64,000 nt of DNA, taken from positions 38,566,001 to 38,630,000 of the forward strand of contig CM052817.1 of assembly GCA_028534125.1 (NCBI GenBank), written 5' to 3'. Both the position numbers and the translations under genes were made by a program. The DNA comes from Lama glama (Eukaryota). Under the pieces are notes generated by a model. That model ran no database searches. It was not told where the DNA came from and worked only from the letters and a program-made list of their open reading frames with translations. This document shows, piece after piece, positions 1 to 14,200 of the stretch (its first letter is position 1; each line of letters starts with the position of its first letter).

Positions 1-29
1 GCTAGAATTTTATAACCGGCAGAGACATT

Positions 30-306
30 TCCATTACATCAAAAACAACAAAATACTTAGAAATAAACTTAACCAAAGAGGTTACCTATACTTTGAAAAT
101 CAAAATGACACAAAGAAATGCAAAGATTTCTTGTCCTCTTAGATTGGAAGAATCAACACTATCAAAATGGCCACACTACCCAAAGCAATCCACAGACCCA
201 GTGCAACCCCCATCAAAGTACTCACGACATTCCTCACAGAACTAGAACAAACAATTCTAAAATTTATAAGGAGCCACAAAAGACCCCGAACAGCCAAAGC
301 AATCTT
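30..306 (+). mobile_element. LINE-1 ORF2 fragment (post-RT region)
   Basis: ORF 167..373 reads [46 protein letters not shown], matching the L1 ORF2p motif also seen in ORF 38406..38648. Confidence 0.9.
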
Positions 307-307
307 C

Positions 308-2322
308 TGTAGGTCTTTTTTTTTTTTTTTTCCTCTCTCTTTCTTCTTTTTGTTCTCTTTTCTTATGGTTTGATGACTAGAGAAGTTCCTTTAACATTTG
401 TTGTAAAGCTGGTTTGGTGATGCTGAAATCTTTTCACTTTTGTTTATCTGTGAAGCTTTTGATTTCTCCATCAAGCCTGAACTAAAGCTTGCTGGATAGA
501 GTATTCTTGGTTGTAAAATTTCCTCTTATATCACTTTAAGTATGTTGTGCCACTCCCTTCTGGTCTGCAGAGTTTCTGCTGAAAAATTAGCTGATAACCT
601 TATGGGAGTTTCCTTGTATGTTATTTGTTGCTTTTCTCTTGCTAATTTTAATATTTTCTCCTTGTCCTTCCTTAACTGCTGTCAATTGATGACTGTGCGT
701 TGGTGTGTTTCTCTTTGGGCTGATTCTGTTTGGTACTCGGTGCTTCCTGGACTTGGGTGACTGTTTCCTTTCCCAAGTTGGGGAAGTTTTTGGTGATTAT
801 TTTTCCAAAAATTTTCTCAGGTCTTTTCTATCTCTCTTCTTTTTCTGGGACCCCTCTAATGCGAATGTTACTGAGCTTCACGTTGTCCCAGAATTCTCTT
901 AAATGATCCTCATTTCTTTTCAGTCTTTTTTCTTTTTTCTGTTCTGAAGTAGTGATTTCCCTAACCTGTCTTCTAGCTCACTGATCCGTTCTTCTGCCTC
1001 ATTTAGTCTATTCTTGGTTCCTTCTAGTGTGTTATTCATTTCAGTGATTTTATTCTTCAACTCTGGGTATTCTTTATATTTTCCTACTCTTTGCTAAAAT
1101 CTTCACTCTGTAGATCTATACTCCGCTTGAGTTCTCTGAACATCTCGGCTATCATCACTTTAAACTCTTTCTCAGATAAATTGCCTATCTCCTCATCACT
1201 TATTTCTTCTTCTGGGATTTTATCTTGTGCCTTGGCCTGGGAGATATTCCTTTGCCACCATATATTGTCTCTTTCTATTTTTAGGTAAGTTAGTTACATT
1301 TCTCAACCTTGGCAAGGTGACCCTCTGTGGGAGACGTCCTATGTGTCCCAGCAGTACACTCCTCTCTTGTCACCCAAGGGCCAGGGTCCAGCCAGTCCCA
1401 GTGTAGAGTCTGGCCTGTGTTTGTGGATTCCTCCCACAGCCTTTGGGATTGTTGTCTTCTTATTTCTAGTATCTGCCGCTGGTGGATGAGGCTGGACTAC
1501 AGGCTTATGCAGGGTTCCTGGCAGGAGGAGCCAGTGCCCGCCCACTGCTGGGTGAAGCTTGGTCCTGGACCTCTGGTGGGTAGGGCCATGTCTAGAGACC
1601 TTTGTGGCTTAGGAAGTTGGCTGATGGGTGGGGCTGTGTTCTCACCCTGTAGGTTGTTTGGCCTGAGGCTTCCTACAGGCTGTTGGGTGGGGCTAGGTCT
1701 TGGTGCTGATGATCCAATCAAGACGACAGCCTCCAGGAAAGCTCATGTAGATGAACACTCCCAGAATGTCTACCACCAGCTTTTATGACCCCTGGGTGAG
1801 CCCAGGCATCCCCCACGTCCCCAGAAGACCCTCCAAATCCATCAGACAGGCCTGGCCCAGGTTCCTATGAAATTACTGCCTCTGCCCTTGGACCTGGTGC
1901 ACATGAGTTTACGTGTACACTTCCCAAGCGAATGAAGTCTCTGTTTCCCCCAGTCCCATGGGGCTCCATAAGCCAAGCCCCTCTAGCCTTCAAAACCAGA
2001 TGTCCTGGGGTCTCCTTTCTTCCCAATGCCAGAACCCAAGCTCGGGATCCTGACATGGGGCTTAGAGCTCTCACTCCTGGGGGAGGGCCTCTGTGACTTA
2101 ACAAACTTTCAGCTTGTGGGTTGTCCACCTGGGGTGTAAGGGGCCCAATTATATTGCAAGCACGCCCGTCCTATCATCCTGTTATGGTTCCCTCTTTATG
2201 TTTTCAGTTGCAGGAGATCTTTTTGCTAGGTTCTAGTCTTTTTTTCAATGGTTGTTTAGCATTCAGTTGTGGTTTTGTTGTAGTCATGAGGAGAGGTGAC
2301 CAGAAAATCTACATTTACTCCT
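308..2322 (-). mobile_element. LINE-1 5' half: GC-richer 5'UTR, decayed ORF1 and end of the inter-ORF spacer
   Basis: 380-1290 is antisense ORF1-like (GCTGATAACCTTATGGGAG, GAGTATTCTTGGTTG). 1290-2320 is a 5'UTR-like GC-richer tract. The minus strand of 308-375 resembles the cetartiodactyl L1 spacer (AGTCATCAAACCATAAGAAAAGAGAAC...AGACCTACA). Confidence 0.8.
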
Positions 2323-2324
2323 TC

Positions 2325-2529
2325 ACAAAACTCTCTCTGCTTTCTTCTTATGAGGTCTCCTGTGATTACATTTAGGGTCTACCCACATAATCCAAGGTAG
2401 TCTTCCCATCTCCAGATACATAACTTAACCACATCTGCAAAGTCCTTTTTACCATATAAGGTAACAGTCACAGGTTCCAGGGATTAGGACATGGATATCT
2501 TTGGTGGGGCCATTATTTGGCCTACCACA
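2325..2529 (-). mobile_element. MLT1-type (ERVL-MaLR) LTR, partial
   Basis: Reverse complement starts TGTGGTAGGCCAAATAATGGCCCC...CCTAATCCCTGGAACCTGTGA...GACTTTGCAGATGTG, a typical MLT1 5' end. Confidence 0.8.
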
Positions 2530-3244
2530 ACCACTAGAAAAATGCCAGGTGTCAATACCACCATGAAAGTACTATACTACATGAAAGAAAATACTACAGT
2601 AACAATAAGAAAGTAACAAAAACAGTCAGTAAAACAGTTATTTTTTTAAAATAATTCTTTCATAATATTAATAAAGGCTTTTCATTGAATACATTTAAAG
2701 AGCTTCATAAATTTTTCATTAAACACCCAAGTGGGAAGGGCTTCAGGGAAAGTCATTTTTCTTTCCACTGTTAGAAAAATCTCACCTCACCTACAAAAAG
2801 ATTAATGCAACAATTTCTGTGCAAACAAGGTTTAATTTAAATGAAACCATGGAGAAATCATAGTAGGTCAATACACACTGTCTAGAGTCCTAAAAATAAT
2901 AACCTTTGTCCATGCCTTTGATTATAATTAATACAAAAATAAGGTGGATATTATCAAAGTAAAGGTCATCAAGTAGCAAGGGAAAGTAAACAAAGTTTGT
3001 AAAATATCATTCAAAGATGTCTTTCAGAAAATTGCTTAGGTAGTCATATTTTGTTTTTAAACTATATTCTTATTCTTATAGTCGGTCAGCTTGTCGGCAA
3101 AATATAGGTGCAAATTTTCAGAATGTCATTAAAAGATAGATTTCATTAGCAATATTACCTGGGCTTCTACAAAGTAAAATATGCACCCTCTGTAAGAACT
3201 TGTCTAGCACTGTGAATAACAATCATCTCCAGAGTCATGGGGCA

Positions 3245-3420
3245 TATTCTGACTTAAGACCTGTAGAACCTTTAACTCCTCTGTGCTTCAGCTTTTCATC
3301 TATAAAGTAAGGACAGCACCTACAGCTGAAGGTCAATATGCAACTTAAATAATACAGAAAAAAAATTACTTAGAGTAGTTCCTGAAAAATAATACACCCC
3401 CAGTAAATTTTAGTTATTTT
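3245..3420 (+). mobile_element. MIR SINE fragment
   Basis: Degenerate MIR core CTCTGTGCTTCAGCTTTTCATCTATAAAGT and 3' tail CAGTAAATTTTAGTTATT. Confidence 0.65.
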
Positions 3421-3569
3421 CATTTTCTCAGCTTTTGAATTCACCAGTTTAGTTTTTAAAAACATGAAAAATCTGGAATGACCATAAATTATTGACCTTA
3501 ATAATCAGTCATAGTGAATTCATTTAAAGTGCATGCACTCATCAAATTAGATCACAAAATTGACTATCT

Positions 3570-4968
3570 TAGTAATAAACACATAGATCAATGAAACAAA
3601 AGATCCAAAAATAGACTCACATAAATATGCTTACATGATTTATGACATAGCTACAAGAGTAATTCAATTGATAGCCTTTTCAACAAATGATTATGCAGCA
3701 TTTGTTCATCCATAGGCAAAGAAAAATAAATCTTGATTTAAATGTTATACCTTACACAAAAATTAACTCAAAGTATGTAGTATGTAAAAATTAACTCAAA
3801 GTAGATCATGGACTTAAATGTAACACTTGAAATTGTAAAGCTTCTAGGAAAAAAATACACAGTAATTCTTCAGAATCTAGAGTTCTTAGAATTGGTGCCA
3901 AAAGCATTATCCCTAAGAAGAAAAACTAATAAATTGGATTTCATCAAAATTTAAAATTTTGCTCTATGAAAGCCCATGTGAAGAGGATATACAGAAGGCA
4001 GAAAAGCACATGAAAAGACATTCAGCAGCATCAGCCATTAGGGAAATACAAATCAAAACCACAATGTCATTTCACAACACACCTATCACAATGGGTAAAA
4101 CAAAAAAGAGACAGCACCAAAGGTTAGCAAGACTGTGTTCAGAAACCGGATCATTCATACCTAGCTGGCAGGACTGTAAAATGACACAGCCATTCTGAAA
4201 AGCAATTTGGCAGCTCCTTATAAACTAAACACTCAGCTACCATACAACCCAACAATTGTACTCCTAGGCCTTTATCCCAGAGAAAGGAAAATTTACATTT
4301 GCACAAAAACCTGTACATGATGTGCCTAGCAGCTGTATTTGTAATAGCCCAAAACTGGCACCAGCCCAGACGTCCCTCAACAAATGAAAGGCTAAATAAA
4401 TTGTGGGATACTACCAGAAATTTAAAAAAAAAAAAGAAGAAACCGTGCATACATTCAACAACCTGGATGAATCTCCAACAAATTATACTGTGTGAAAAAA
4501 AAACCCAATTCCAAAATCCAACTATGATATGTACAATTCCAACTCTGTAACACTCTGGGAAAGGCAGAACTATGGAGACAGCAAAAGGATCCGTGGTTGC
4601 AGGAGGTGGGGAAAGGAAAGGATGAAAAGGCAGGGCACAGAGGCTTTGGGGGACAGTGAAGCTACTTTATGTGATACTATCACACATACATTTGTCCAAA
4701 CCCATAGACTGTGCCACACCAAAAGTGAATGCTGTGTAAAACACAAAAAATATGGACTTACATATAAACCATGGGCTTTGGGTGATAATGATGTGACGAT
4801 GCAGGTTCATGGATGGTAATACATGTGCCACTCCAGAGGGGGATGTTGGTAATGGGGGAGGCTATGCATGTATTGGAGCAAGGGGTAAATGGAAACTCTT
4901 GGTATTTTCTGCTCCATTTTGCTGTGAATCTGAAAGTGCTCTAAACAAGAAAGTCTATTTTTTAAAAG
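3570..4968 (+). mobile_element. Old LINE-1 3' end (ORF2 C-terminus plus L1MC-like 3'UTR)
   Basis: ORFs 3959 (AIREIQIKTTMSFH) and 4299 (AAVFVIAQNWHQPRRPS) are ORF2 C-terminal remnants. The UTR motif CATTTGTCCAAACCCATAGA...TTGCTGTGAATCTGAAAGTGCTCT is L1MC-like. Confidence 0.85.
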
Positions 4969-5390
4969 GCTACCTAGTGTATGATTCCATTTATATAACA
5001 TTATTTAAATGGCAAAATACAAAAATAAGGAACAGACTAGTGGTTGTTTAAAGAGGATGTCAGGGCAGGAGGCAGGTGGGTGTGGTTATAAAGGGACAAT
5101 GTTAGGGATCTTTGTGATGTTGGAACTGTTCAGTGTCTTGACTATGGTGGTGGACACATGAACCTGCAAGGTGAAAGAACTATACAGAAGTTGATATACA
5201 CACATTCATTCAATACAAGTGCTAGTCCAAGTAAAACTGGACTACGTCCAGTTGTGTCCATGTCAACATCTTGGCTGTTATTACACTATAGTTGTTACCA
5301 CTGGGGGAAACTAGGCAAAGTGCGCAAGAGATCACTCTGTATCATTTACTACAACTGCATGTGAATTATAATTACCTCAGTTTTAAAACT
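4969..5390 (+). mobile_element. Second old LINE-1 3'UTR fragment (L1MD-like)
   Basis: GTATGATTCCATTTATATAAC...GGAACAGACTAGTGGTTG...GGAACTGTTCAGTGTCTTGACTATGGTGGTGG. Confidence 0.7.
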
Positions 5391-5951
5391 AGACTACCTT
5401 AAATTCTCCAGTAGGCTTTAACAATGCCATACAAACTTGCCTTCTTGACTTTGCTTTACAATGCTGACTCTGCAGCTAAGGTCATTAGCAAATGAACATA
5501 ACACACTTTCACTCTTTGAGAATAGAAAGCTATTCTAGCCATCAAAATTGCTTGGGTCCTGGTATTGGAGGCTTGTGTCACCTTGCCTGTGAGGTTGTGC
5601 AGCCCTACCTTCCAGAGATCAAAGGAATCGAAGTCCACACAGCAGGTCCTGCCAGTGTTCGGTGGCCCACAGCCTTGTTGATGTCACTAAAACATCTGTG
5701 AAATGATCTGCTCGACTAGGTTGAAATGGCAAGTTACCTTCCAAGGAAAAAATTTTATGCCATGGAAAATTATATTACAAAGATGCAGCTAGCCACCAAC
5801 AAAAATATTATGGCATAAAGCGGGTAGTAATGAGAACTGGAAAAAGCTATAAAGAGAATTTCTTTCTCTTCAGTAACCAAAGGGGTGCACTTCTGGCATT
5901 CTCTCAGAAATAAAAAGAGAATCAATCTGGATGCCTATAAGGTGGTCACTG

Positions 5952-6451
5952 NNNNNNNNNNNNNNNNNNNNNNNNNNNNNNNNNNNNNNNNNNNNNNNNN
6001 NNNNNNNNNNNNNNNNNNNNNNNNNNNNNNNNNNNNNNNNNNNNNNNNNNNNNNNNNNNNNNNNNNNNNNNNNNNNNNNNNNNNNNNNNNNNNNNNNNNN
6101 NNNNNNNNNNNNNNNNNNNNNNNNNNNNNNNNNNNNNNNNNNNNNNNNNNNNNNNNNNNNNNNNNNNNNNNNNNNNNNNNNNNNNNNNNNNNNNNNNNNN
6201 NNNNNNNNNNNNNNNNNNNNNNNNNNNNNNNNNNNNNNNNNNNNNNNNNNNNNNNNNNNNNNNNNNNNNNNNNNNNNNNNNNNNNNNNNNNNNNNNNNNN
6301 NNNNNNNNNNNNNNNNNNNNNNNNNNNNNNNNNNNNNNNNNNNNNNNNNNNNNNNNNNNNNNNNNNNNNNNNNNNNNNNNNNNNNNNNNNNNNNNNNNNN
6401 NNNNNNNNNNNNNNNNNNNNNNNNNNNNNNNNNNNNNNNNNNNNNNNNNNN
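5952..6451. other. Assembly gap (500 N)
   Basis: Run of exactly 500 N. Confidence 1.
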
Positions 6452-8619
6452 AGCTTTCTACACTGACAGGTTTTTATACCAGCATATAAATGTGCTTGTA
6501 AAGAAACACTTCAAAATATAATTTCGTATCTATAATAATTGATTGTCTGTAATGAATTGAAATGAAGCACATAACATACTATCAACTGCCCAATAGATGT
6601 GATCTTCTACCCCTGAGCAAACTCTGAGATATACTCAAAGATATAAAACAAAATTTATTCATAAAAGAACATCCGGGTCATACTCACAGCACCTTCCAAT
6701 TTGTTCCATGATATTACCTATCTAATAAATTCTGTCTTCCTAAATGGAAAATTCCATGGCCCTTTAGCCATTATCTCCACATCTGAATTGCACTCCCTTC
6801 ATAACATTCCTTAAACATCAGTCCCTTCCTTACTCTACTTCATGCCCTTTTGCTTTTGAACTATTATACCCTTGAAGCGTTTCCTTTCATATGCCATTTT
6901 TATACTCCAAACTTCATCTGCACTAGTCGTGTTCACCTTTTATTTCCTTCTCAGGAATGAACACTGACCTCATTTTCTTAGTTTCCACAAGGAGCAATGA
7001 CCTAAAGATCTTTTATCATCATGGCTGTCTTTATTGATGCTTCGTTACCATTCCTGTCATATGAGGTTCGGAATCATGCACAAAGCTCCAAGTGGGATAG
7101 CTTCCCATCCCTTTGAAATGCTTTTATCATGATGTGTACCTGACTTCCATTTGTGGTCCTGATTATTAAGATGCTACTGATCTTTCTGTTTCATCTCACC
7201 TATAAAGCTTGTTACTAATATCCCCTTAAGAATTGCTATTTTGATATATATTTCTTTGAAAGCTTTGGCCTAAGTCTTTTCTCTATTTTCCTGAAAGTTT
7301 TCTATGTGGTTTCTAATGTGACATATAACAAATACAATGCTAAACACATTTTTCTTAGTACAAAAATCAATAATGTAATCATGTTCTTCTAATTAAATCA
7401 ATTTACATAAATGTTTTATCTCACCAGAATATCACATAATGATCTTCTATATGGTATGTGTCACCAAGGGAAAGAGAGCCAGGATAAAGAGAATGAATCG
7501 AAAGAGTAGTGTAGAGCCATCCCCCACTGGAAGAGGAACCCAAGAAATGTTATTACTGCTTGTGCACCAGTAAAGCCAGTTCTATATAATGAGCATACTG
7601 TGTGGTTACATGACTTGAAAGTGTTCACAAAGCAATACAAAAATACAAAATTTGCAACTGAACAATAACTTAAAAATTCAGAGAAACTATATTTAATTAT
7701 CAACTTTGGTTTTCATACTTTGACTTCCTCTTGGTGTTGCTTTTATTTCATAGTTCTGAGAATTAGGTGGTGAAAAGTGCCTAAGCACAAATTGTTCGTG
7801 GTTACGTACAAACTGATTACTGCACAGGAATAAGAAGTCATAGCAGCCACAGTCACACTGCAGATAGTCGTTTGCTTATCACCTTATAACCCTTTGCAGT
7901 TCTGCCTTTCCCTGTTTCATATTCCAGGAAAAATGACAATTAGTGAACTCTGAGAAGTGTCATCTTCTTTTTCCTTCCTCACTAAGGGGGAAGGAAATTA
8001 ATGTGTTCAAAATTACTTATCACATCCATATCTTATCTGCAATGTTCAAGGCAGAGGGGGAAAAAATTCCTTGGGCATTTTCCCAGAAACACAGAAATAG
8101 GCAACTCATACAGGTAAAATAGGAACACATCAGCAAAATGGTCATAACAATCCATCTTCCTGCTTACTTCTTTTTATGTATTTCTTTCTTTTACATATTT
8201 TCACCTTTTTCTCTTACACGTCCCACTCCTAACTGTACTTACCTAAGAAAGTTCCTACAGAGTGTACCTCTGTTCAATGGAACCCATTTCTGTTAAATTC
8301 TAGAAGTGAGAATTGAAGGAGGAAGGACATATATTTTTCATATTTTTAGTCTCAGCACATAGTAAAACACTTGCTACATAACTGGCACCCAAAAATGTTG
8401 AATGAATAAAATATAATATGGACATGCTACAGTCCACTTCTAAATCATGCTTACAATTTGACATCTCACTACCAAATTATTATAAACTATGCCAAATATA
8501 GGAAGTGAAATAACGTTAGATGATTTTCTATTTCTCTCTTCAGGGTTTACTATCATGTTTTATCATTACGACTTCTAATCATCTGTGATAGACAACAAAC
8601 TCCATAGAAATGTGAGCTG

Positions 8620-8862
8620 AATTATACATAGTACTGTGGTTAAAAGTGCTGACTCTGGAGCTAGGCTGTCTGAACCCAAATCCTTGCTCCACCACTTACC
8701 AGCTGTTGACATTAAACACCCTAATTTATTACTCCATGTCTTAGTCAATCCATCTGTTATAACACTACCAACTTCACTGAGTTGTATGAATATTAAATGA
8801 GCTAATATTTATAAACCATATAAAGTAGTGTCTGGCACATGGTAAGGACTATATAAATGTTT
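8620..8862 (+). mobile_element. MIR SINE, near full length
   Basis: GTGGTTAAAAGTGCTGACTCTGGAGCTAGGCTG...CCACTTACCAGCTG...ATTAAATGAGCTAAT...GTGTCTGGCACATGGTAAG. Confidence 0.85.
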
Positions 8863-9829
8863 TTAAACGTTGTTTTCTGAGATACTACCACCAGTTAGTC
8901 AACCAAGAAGAATTTATTAAGGATTTGTTATAGACAAAAAAAGTCATGGTAGGCTACTAAAATATCTCTATGAAACCATCCCATGCTAGAGGTAGTGTTT
9001 TAATTCATGTTGCCTATCAAGACCCAAGAATAATTGATTGCATGATGATGGGGATAAGTTATAAAACTGAACTTCTCCTCTCCATTCGCCTCTCCCTGTT
9101 CATATTCACACAAAAATTTTAGAGTAGTATTTCCTCTTACAATCTGGAAATGCTCTTTAAAGCAGGTTATTTCTCCTTGCCAAGTAAAGGAGGCTTTGCC
9201 CTCTAGCAATATGGAGAACAAGATATCCTGAAAAATCCTTCTAGATCAAACACCAATGCAAGATGACTTGGAATAAAGATTCTTTTCAACACAAAGCTAA
9301 GAATCCAAAAAGTAAAGGAAATTCTCAGAGGTCACAGAATGAAGAAGCAGCAGGAATTCAGTGTAATAAATTGGTACTTCTGCCCTAAGGATATGTCCTG
9401 GAACCTAGACCCTTACATGTTAAGGCTACACTAGATGAATCAGAGAGAAATTCTCCACAAGATAGCAACTTTTATTATCAAGCTAGAGTAAATATGACTG
9501 TTCAGTAATGCTGCAGGAAATCTAGTATGGCTATGTTAATATCAGACAAAGACAGACCTTAAGGCAAAAAGAATAATCAGGATTCACTACCTAATGATAA
9601 ATTTTTTATTATAAAGGAGCATCCAATGTGTCCAAATATGTATCCTCCCAATAACACAGTTCCTATGGCAGACAAGCCAGCTATTCACCAAATATGAGAC
9701 AACAGCTGGACTGTACTTTCTAGCCTCCCCTCTGTTAGGTGGGGCCATTTGAACAGATCTCACCAACAGAATATAGTGTTTCATCTCCATGACAAGGGGA
9801 TGGTCCTATACCACACAGAACTATTTGTT

Positions 9830-10380
9830 TAGCAATTCACATTTATTCAATGCAGATTATTATTATTATTATTAGAAATATTTAGATATTAAGACAAAGT
9901 CCTAACTCTCAAAGAGTTTCGAGATTTTGAAAAGACATATAGAAACAAGCAAGTATAGAGCAACAGTAGTTGCTATAACATATTAGAAAAAGGTACAAAG
10001 CACTGCAGAAACTAAAATGAAGAAGCTCATTCAGTCATGGCTTCATATCACAGAGGAAATGACATTAGAGCTAATTAATGAAAGCAGGTAAGACGAAGAG
10101 ATTAAGAGGCCAACACAGAAGTAGGAGCGTCTATGGCTAGTTTGGAGAAGAACAGATAATTCAGTCTGACCAGAACACAGGACCCATGTGGAGAAAGGGT
10201 GATCTGACCTAAGGGCAGTGGCAAAGAGCATGGAGAGGAAAGACTGTGTTCCAGCCGTCTCGAAGAAGTCAAGGGAAACAAACAGTTTACCGAGAAGTAA
10301 GGAAGAAGGTGGCATGCAGGATTACACCACAGTGGCATTCTCTGGGAAGGAGATTAGAAAAGTAGGTTATGAAGCAGGTG
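9830..10380 (-). mobile_element. L2 LINE 3' fragment
   Basis: ATTCACATTTATT...GACAAAGTCCTAACTCTCAAAGAG followed by purine-rich antisense L2 sequence. Confidence 0.55.
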
Positions 10381-11540
10381 TGTCTGAATCTGAGGAGAAT
10401 GTATTAACTGAGAATCGTTTGTGGCTCTTAGGTAACTGGACCAGTGGGTTTACATACATTTGCCTGGAGAATGTTTGCCAAGCATGGCCTAGTTTTACCT
10501 CAGATGCTTAGCAGTCTGGTGCTAAGTACCGGGACAATCTAAGGGTCTAAGTCAGAGGGTGACCAAAATCCTAATTATTTGTAAAATGTCTCCTCAGTAA
10601 ACTAGTAATCAGTCTGGGTTGGTGAAGCATTTCTAAATCTTTGCGACCAGACTCTCTGGGGGCATGCTAACCTTTTCTCAGAGAAAAACAATCTGGGCCA
10701 GGGAAAAAGAAACAAGAAAATCCACTTTGTATTTTAATCATTTCTATTCAAGACCCAGTAGAGCAGAACTGTCTATTGTATGCAGAATACTGAACCGTGC
10801 TGGGGCTCAATCCTTTGTGGAATCTTCTGAATCAATCCTAGGGGACGTCCAAGGCAAATTCCTCCCTGCTTCAGTCCCTCTCATGACCCACGCTATTTTC
10901 TCACTGTAAAAGTACCAGAACTATTTTGCCTTCGTGGAGAGTAAAAGAACTAACCTATCATGGGGCTCAAACTACAGTTCAGCTGCCACCTGAGCAAGCT
11001 TGAGTTAGCACAGCAGAAATTGCCTGGATCCATACATATATATACATATATAGTAACGTATTCAGGCCTAAAGGTCTCTTCCTTCAGGAAAAGATTTGGC
11101 ATACTGTATAAGAACCGGAATTGTAAAATCTTTGTGATTAAAAAAAGCATACTTGTGCTTATATTTGCATCCTCAAGGCTACTTTTTCAGAAGCTGGGAA
11201 TACATGGTATTATGTTCCTTGATATACTAAGAACCACTAATGAAGGTGGAGGAAAGTACTTCCAAAAAGATCCCCTTTGGGAACCAAATATCCTGAATGA
11301 ATTACCTAGTTATTTGTTGATGTACAAAGGCAATCATGAATAAATCGATATTAGTTTTGTGATATTTATCAAGTTTAGTTCAAGAACAAAAAAAAAAGGT
11401 ATATTTGTGGAATAGTGATCTGCCCAGACAGTGAGACCTGAGTAACACATTAAGGACCCATTTGCCAACAAGCTCGTTAGTTGAATTTTCCAACTTGGAG
11501 GCCCTGTCTAGAAAAAGAAGTACTGTTTTCATACGTCCCC

Positions 11541-11985
11541 TGTGCTGGATACTTTCATTTGCCCCTCCACATTCACTTTCAATTTCTCCGCCTTGTTCTG
11601 TGACCTGAGATGTTGATCTCTGTGTACCACATTCACAGGCTCCCTTGCCCTCTGCTTCAGATTAAGATCTCCCCAATGGGAAGCAACATCAGGAAACCAG
11701 ACTGAAAGGAAAGAAAAACAGGAATATTTAATCCTCGCCACCCCCCTACTCACACCACCAGCAGCAGCAGCAGCCGCCAGAGCCCAGAGCCTCAAATTCA
11801 TAGTGACTTCATTCTTCTATCTCTGTCCACAGCTCCTTGCGGGAGGTCCCTACTCCATGGCAAAGGGCAGTAATCATTTCACTGCAGGCAATAGTCCCAG
11901 GGTGGTTCCCTACCACTTCATAATGTTCTGTCCACTAACCTCATTGAGTCTACCTTCTGTTTCCTGTTCAAATCTTGACCAATAG
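11541..11985. mobile_element. ERVL solo LTR (LTR33-like)
   Basis: GCCCCTCCACATTCAC...GGCTCCCTTGCCCTCTGCTTC...CCAATGGGAAGCA...CTGTTTCCTG resembles the LTR33 consensus as I recall it. Confidence 0.6.
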
Positions 11986-13789
11986 AACCTCTACAAAAAC
12001 ACACTTTATGTAAGAAAGGAGAATGAAACCAAGCTGAGCTAGTTCTCCCATTAAACCCTATTCTCCATTCATACATGGGTGTGGGTTTTTTCTTGATTAG
12101 CCAAGAGGATGAGACATAGAAGAGGCGTGTTTTGATGACTGTACAAGTGAAGTGGTTTGCTGACTGCCCACGGTGGTGAATGTGGGACAGCTGGGGAACA
12201 GCAGGAAGAGCAGCAGCTGGGAGAAGGGACTTTCCAAAAGCAAATAAGGAAGGTAGAGAGTCATCTATTTTGATTCCTACAAGACACAGAGGGATTAATC
12301 CACTACTCTGCAATTTCGCCAGGGGCAAACTTTACTTACCTCTGAATGTCCCCTAATTTTTTAACTCAATATTGAAAGACTTTGATTTATAAAAACTATT
12401 GCTCTTTTTTTAACTATTTTTTCTTTAATTGTTTTTGAACTAAGAACTCAATGCCTATTTTCCATTTGATTATAAGTAGTTAAGAGGTAAAGCTCCAAAA
12501 AATACTTATATTCTCCTTGGTGACAGTTTCCAAGATTAATACACCAACACACAAAAATAAGCAAGGGTGCAGGTATATATCAGCTATTATACTTCATATC
12601 TGGTAACACTACAGCCTTTCAACTTGCAGCTCATGCCACCTAGTGATACATTTTGGTCTCACAACTTGACAATACCAAGTACAATGATTCCAACTCTGAA
12701 AAAAACAACTTGAAATTCTTGTTTCTACTTAAATTAATGATTCTAAGGAAATTTCTCATTGTATGCCATCATCTGGCAAGAGTCTTTCAAAGAATGGCAC
12801 TGGATGGAGGCCTCGTTTTTGGTTTTTTTAGAATTACAGTTAAGCAAAAATAAATATTAAAACAAAAACATTTTTTGTTTTATGAGTCTATCAACCTCCT
12901 TTCTTCCCTTAAAGTCAGTCAGTCAAAAAGCTATTCAAGTAAACTGAAAGCAAACCTGTCTGAAAATTAGCTCAGGGAACTGACTGTATTTGTATTGCAG
13001 GGTTGATGGGTGCTTTCTTTTCCTTTATTTCTCAGGTTTCCTACCTCAAGTTTGTATTACTTTCATAATTTGCTGGTAGGAACAGAAGTGCGGCAGAAGC
13101 CTATCTTTGAGATTTCGCAATATTCTAGGTTTATAGCAAAGTCATATTTCCAGCCAGACCTGGGACTTGTCATATCCAAGAGTAAGCCCTGGGTGTAGAC
13201 TCCAAGCCACTGCTTTTCTCATTCCCATCCCCATCTTGTACTGGGCCCATCCACATTGGACTCCTCTTGCCACCATCCTATCCTCTTCCCAATGAATTTA
13301 TACACTTTTCTAGTCTGTCCCCAGCACTAATGTCTGATACTGAAAACCAACCTGCTTGTGTAGGGCTCTGATGCTCCATTTGGTTCCTGCCAGTCTTCCC
13401 TCAGCTACAGGGTCAGATCCTGCTTTATACCTGCCTTAGGTGAGCTTCTGATGAGACTGGAAAAAAATCCTGCAGGTCCACCTGGATTTGATTAACATCT
13501 ACTGACTCAGTATTTAATTCATTTGCCAGATCCTGGTAGCAATACTTTATAAACTATGCATGAATGTGGCATTCACTTTGGACACTGTGCCTTGAGTATT
13601 CCTTATCAGAACTATCCATTGTATTTAGAGCAGTAACCCCAGCTCCATTTAATTTTCCAATGGCTTTCCAGGAAAGGCTCATTTGTATTATCAGATTTGG
13701 AAGGTATGGGCACATAGATGATAACAGAAGTTACAACAGTGGGCATGACGGCACAGTGATACAATGTAAAGAATAGGAAGAGAAGATGC

Positions 13790-14200
13790 TCAGTATCTCT
13801 TTGGGAGTCCATCTCTCTCCCATTCTCAGGCCATGTGCCTCAGAGAGAAATTCAACCAAAATTCCAATTCTAGGAGTATGTGATCTAGTCCTGGTAATTC
13901 CAGTCCTCCCTTCCCTTGACCATAGTGATTGAATCAGGAGTAATCCTAGAACCCAAGCTAGGCGGGTAAGTATTATAGCTTAGATAGCTATAAAGTTATC
14001 AGAAAATGGACATTCTCTTTTCCCCAGGATTATTAGCTAGAAGAATAGTGTAAGCCTAGAGATGTCAGTGGTCAAACCTGCCAGCACATGGAGCCCCAGA
14101 ATGGAAGAATAGAGAGCAGAGAGATTCTAGTGACAATGTTAGAACCCCTGAATAAGGCCCTCCTCTACATTCTCTGTTACTGCTTAGACTGGTCTGAGTT
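13790..14200. mobile_element. Old MaLR LTR fragment (MLT1K-like)
   Basis: CCCTTGACCATAGTGATTG...ACCCAAGCTAGGC motifs; highly decayed. Confidence 0.45.

Noticed and set aside
5885..6521. 193- and 196-aa ORFs
   Set aside because: Artefacts of reading through N.
10960..11343. 127-aa ATG ORF in unique DNA
   Set aside because: No recognisable domain, crosses an (AT)n-like tract, and has no promoter or splice support.
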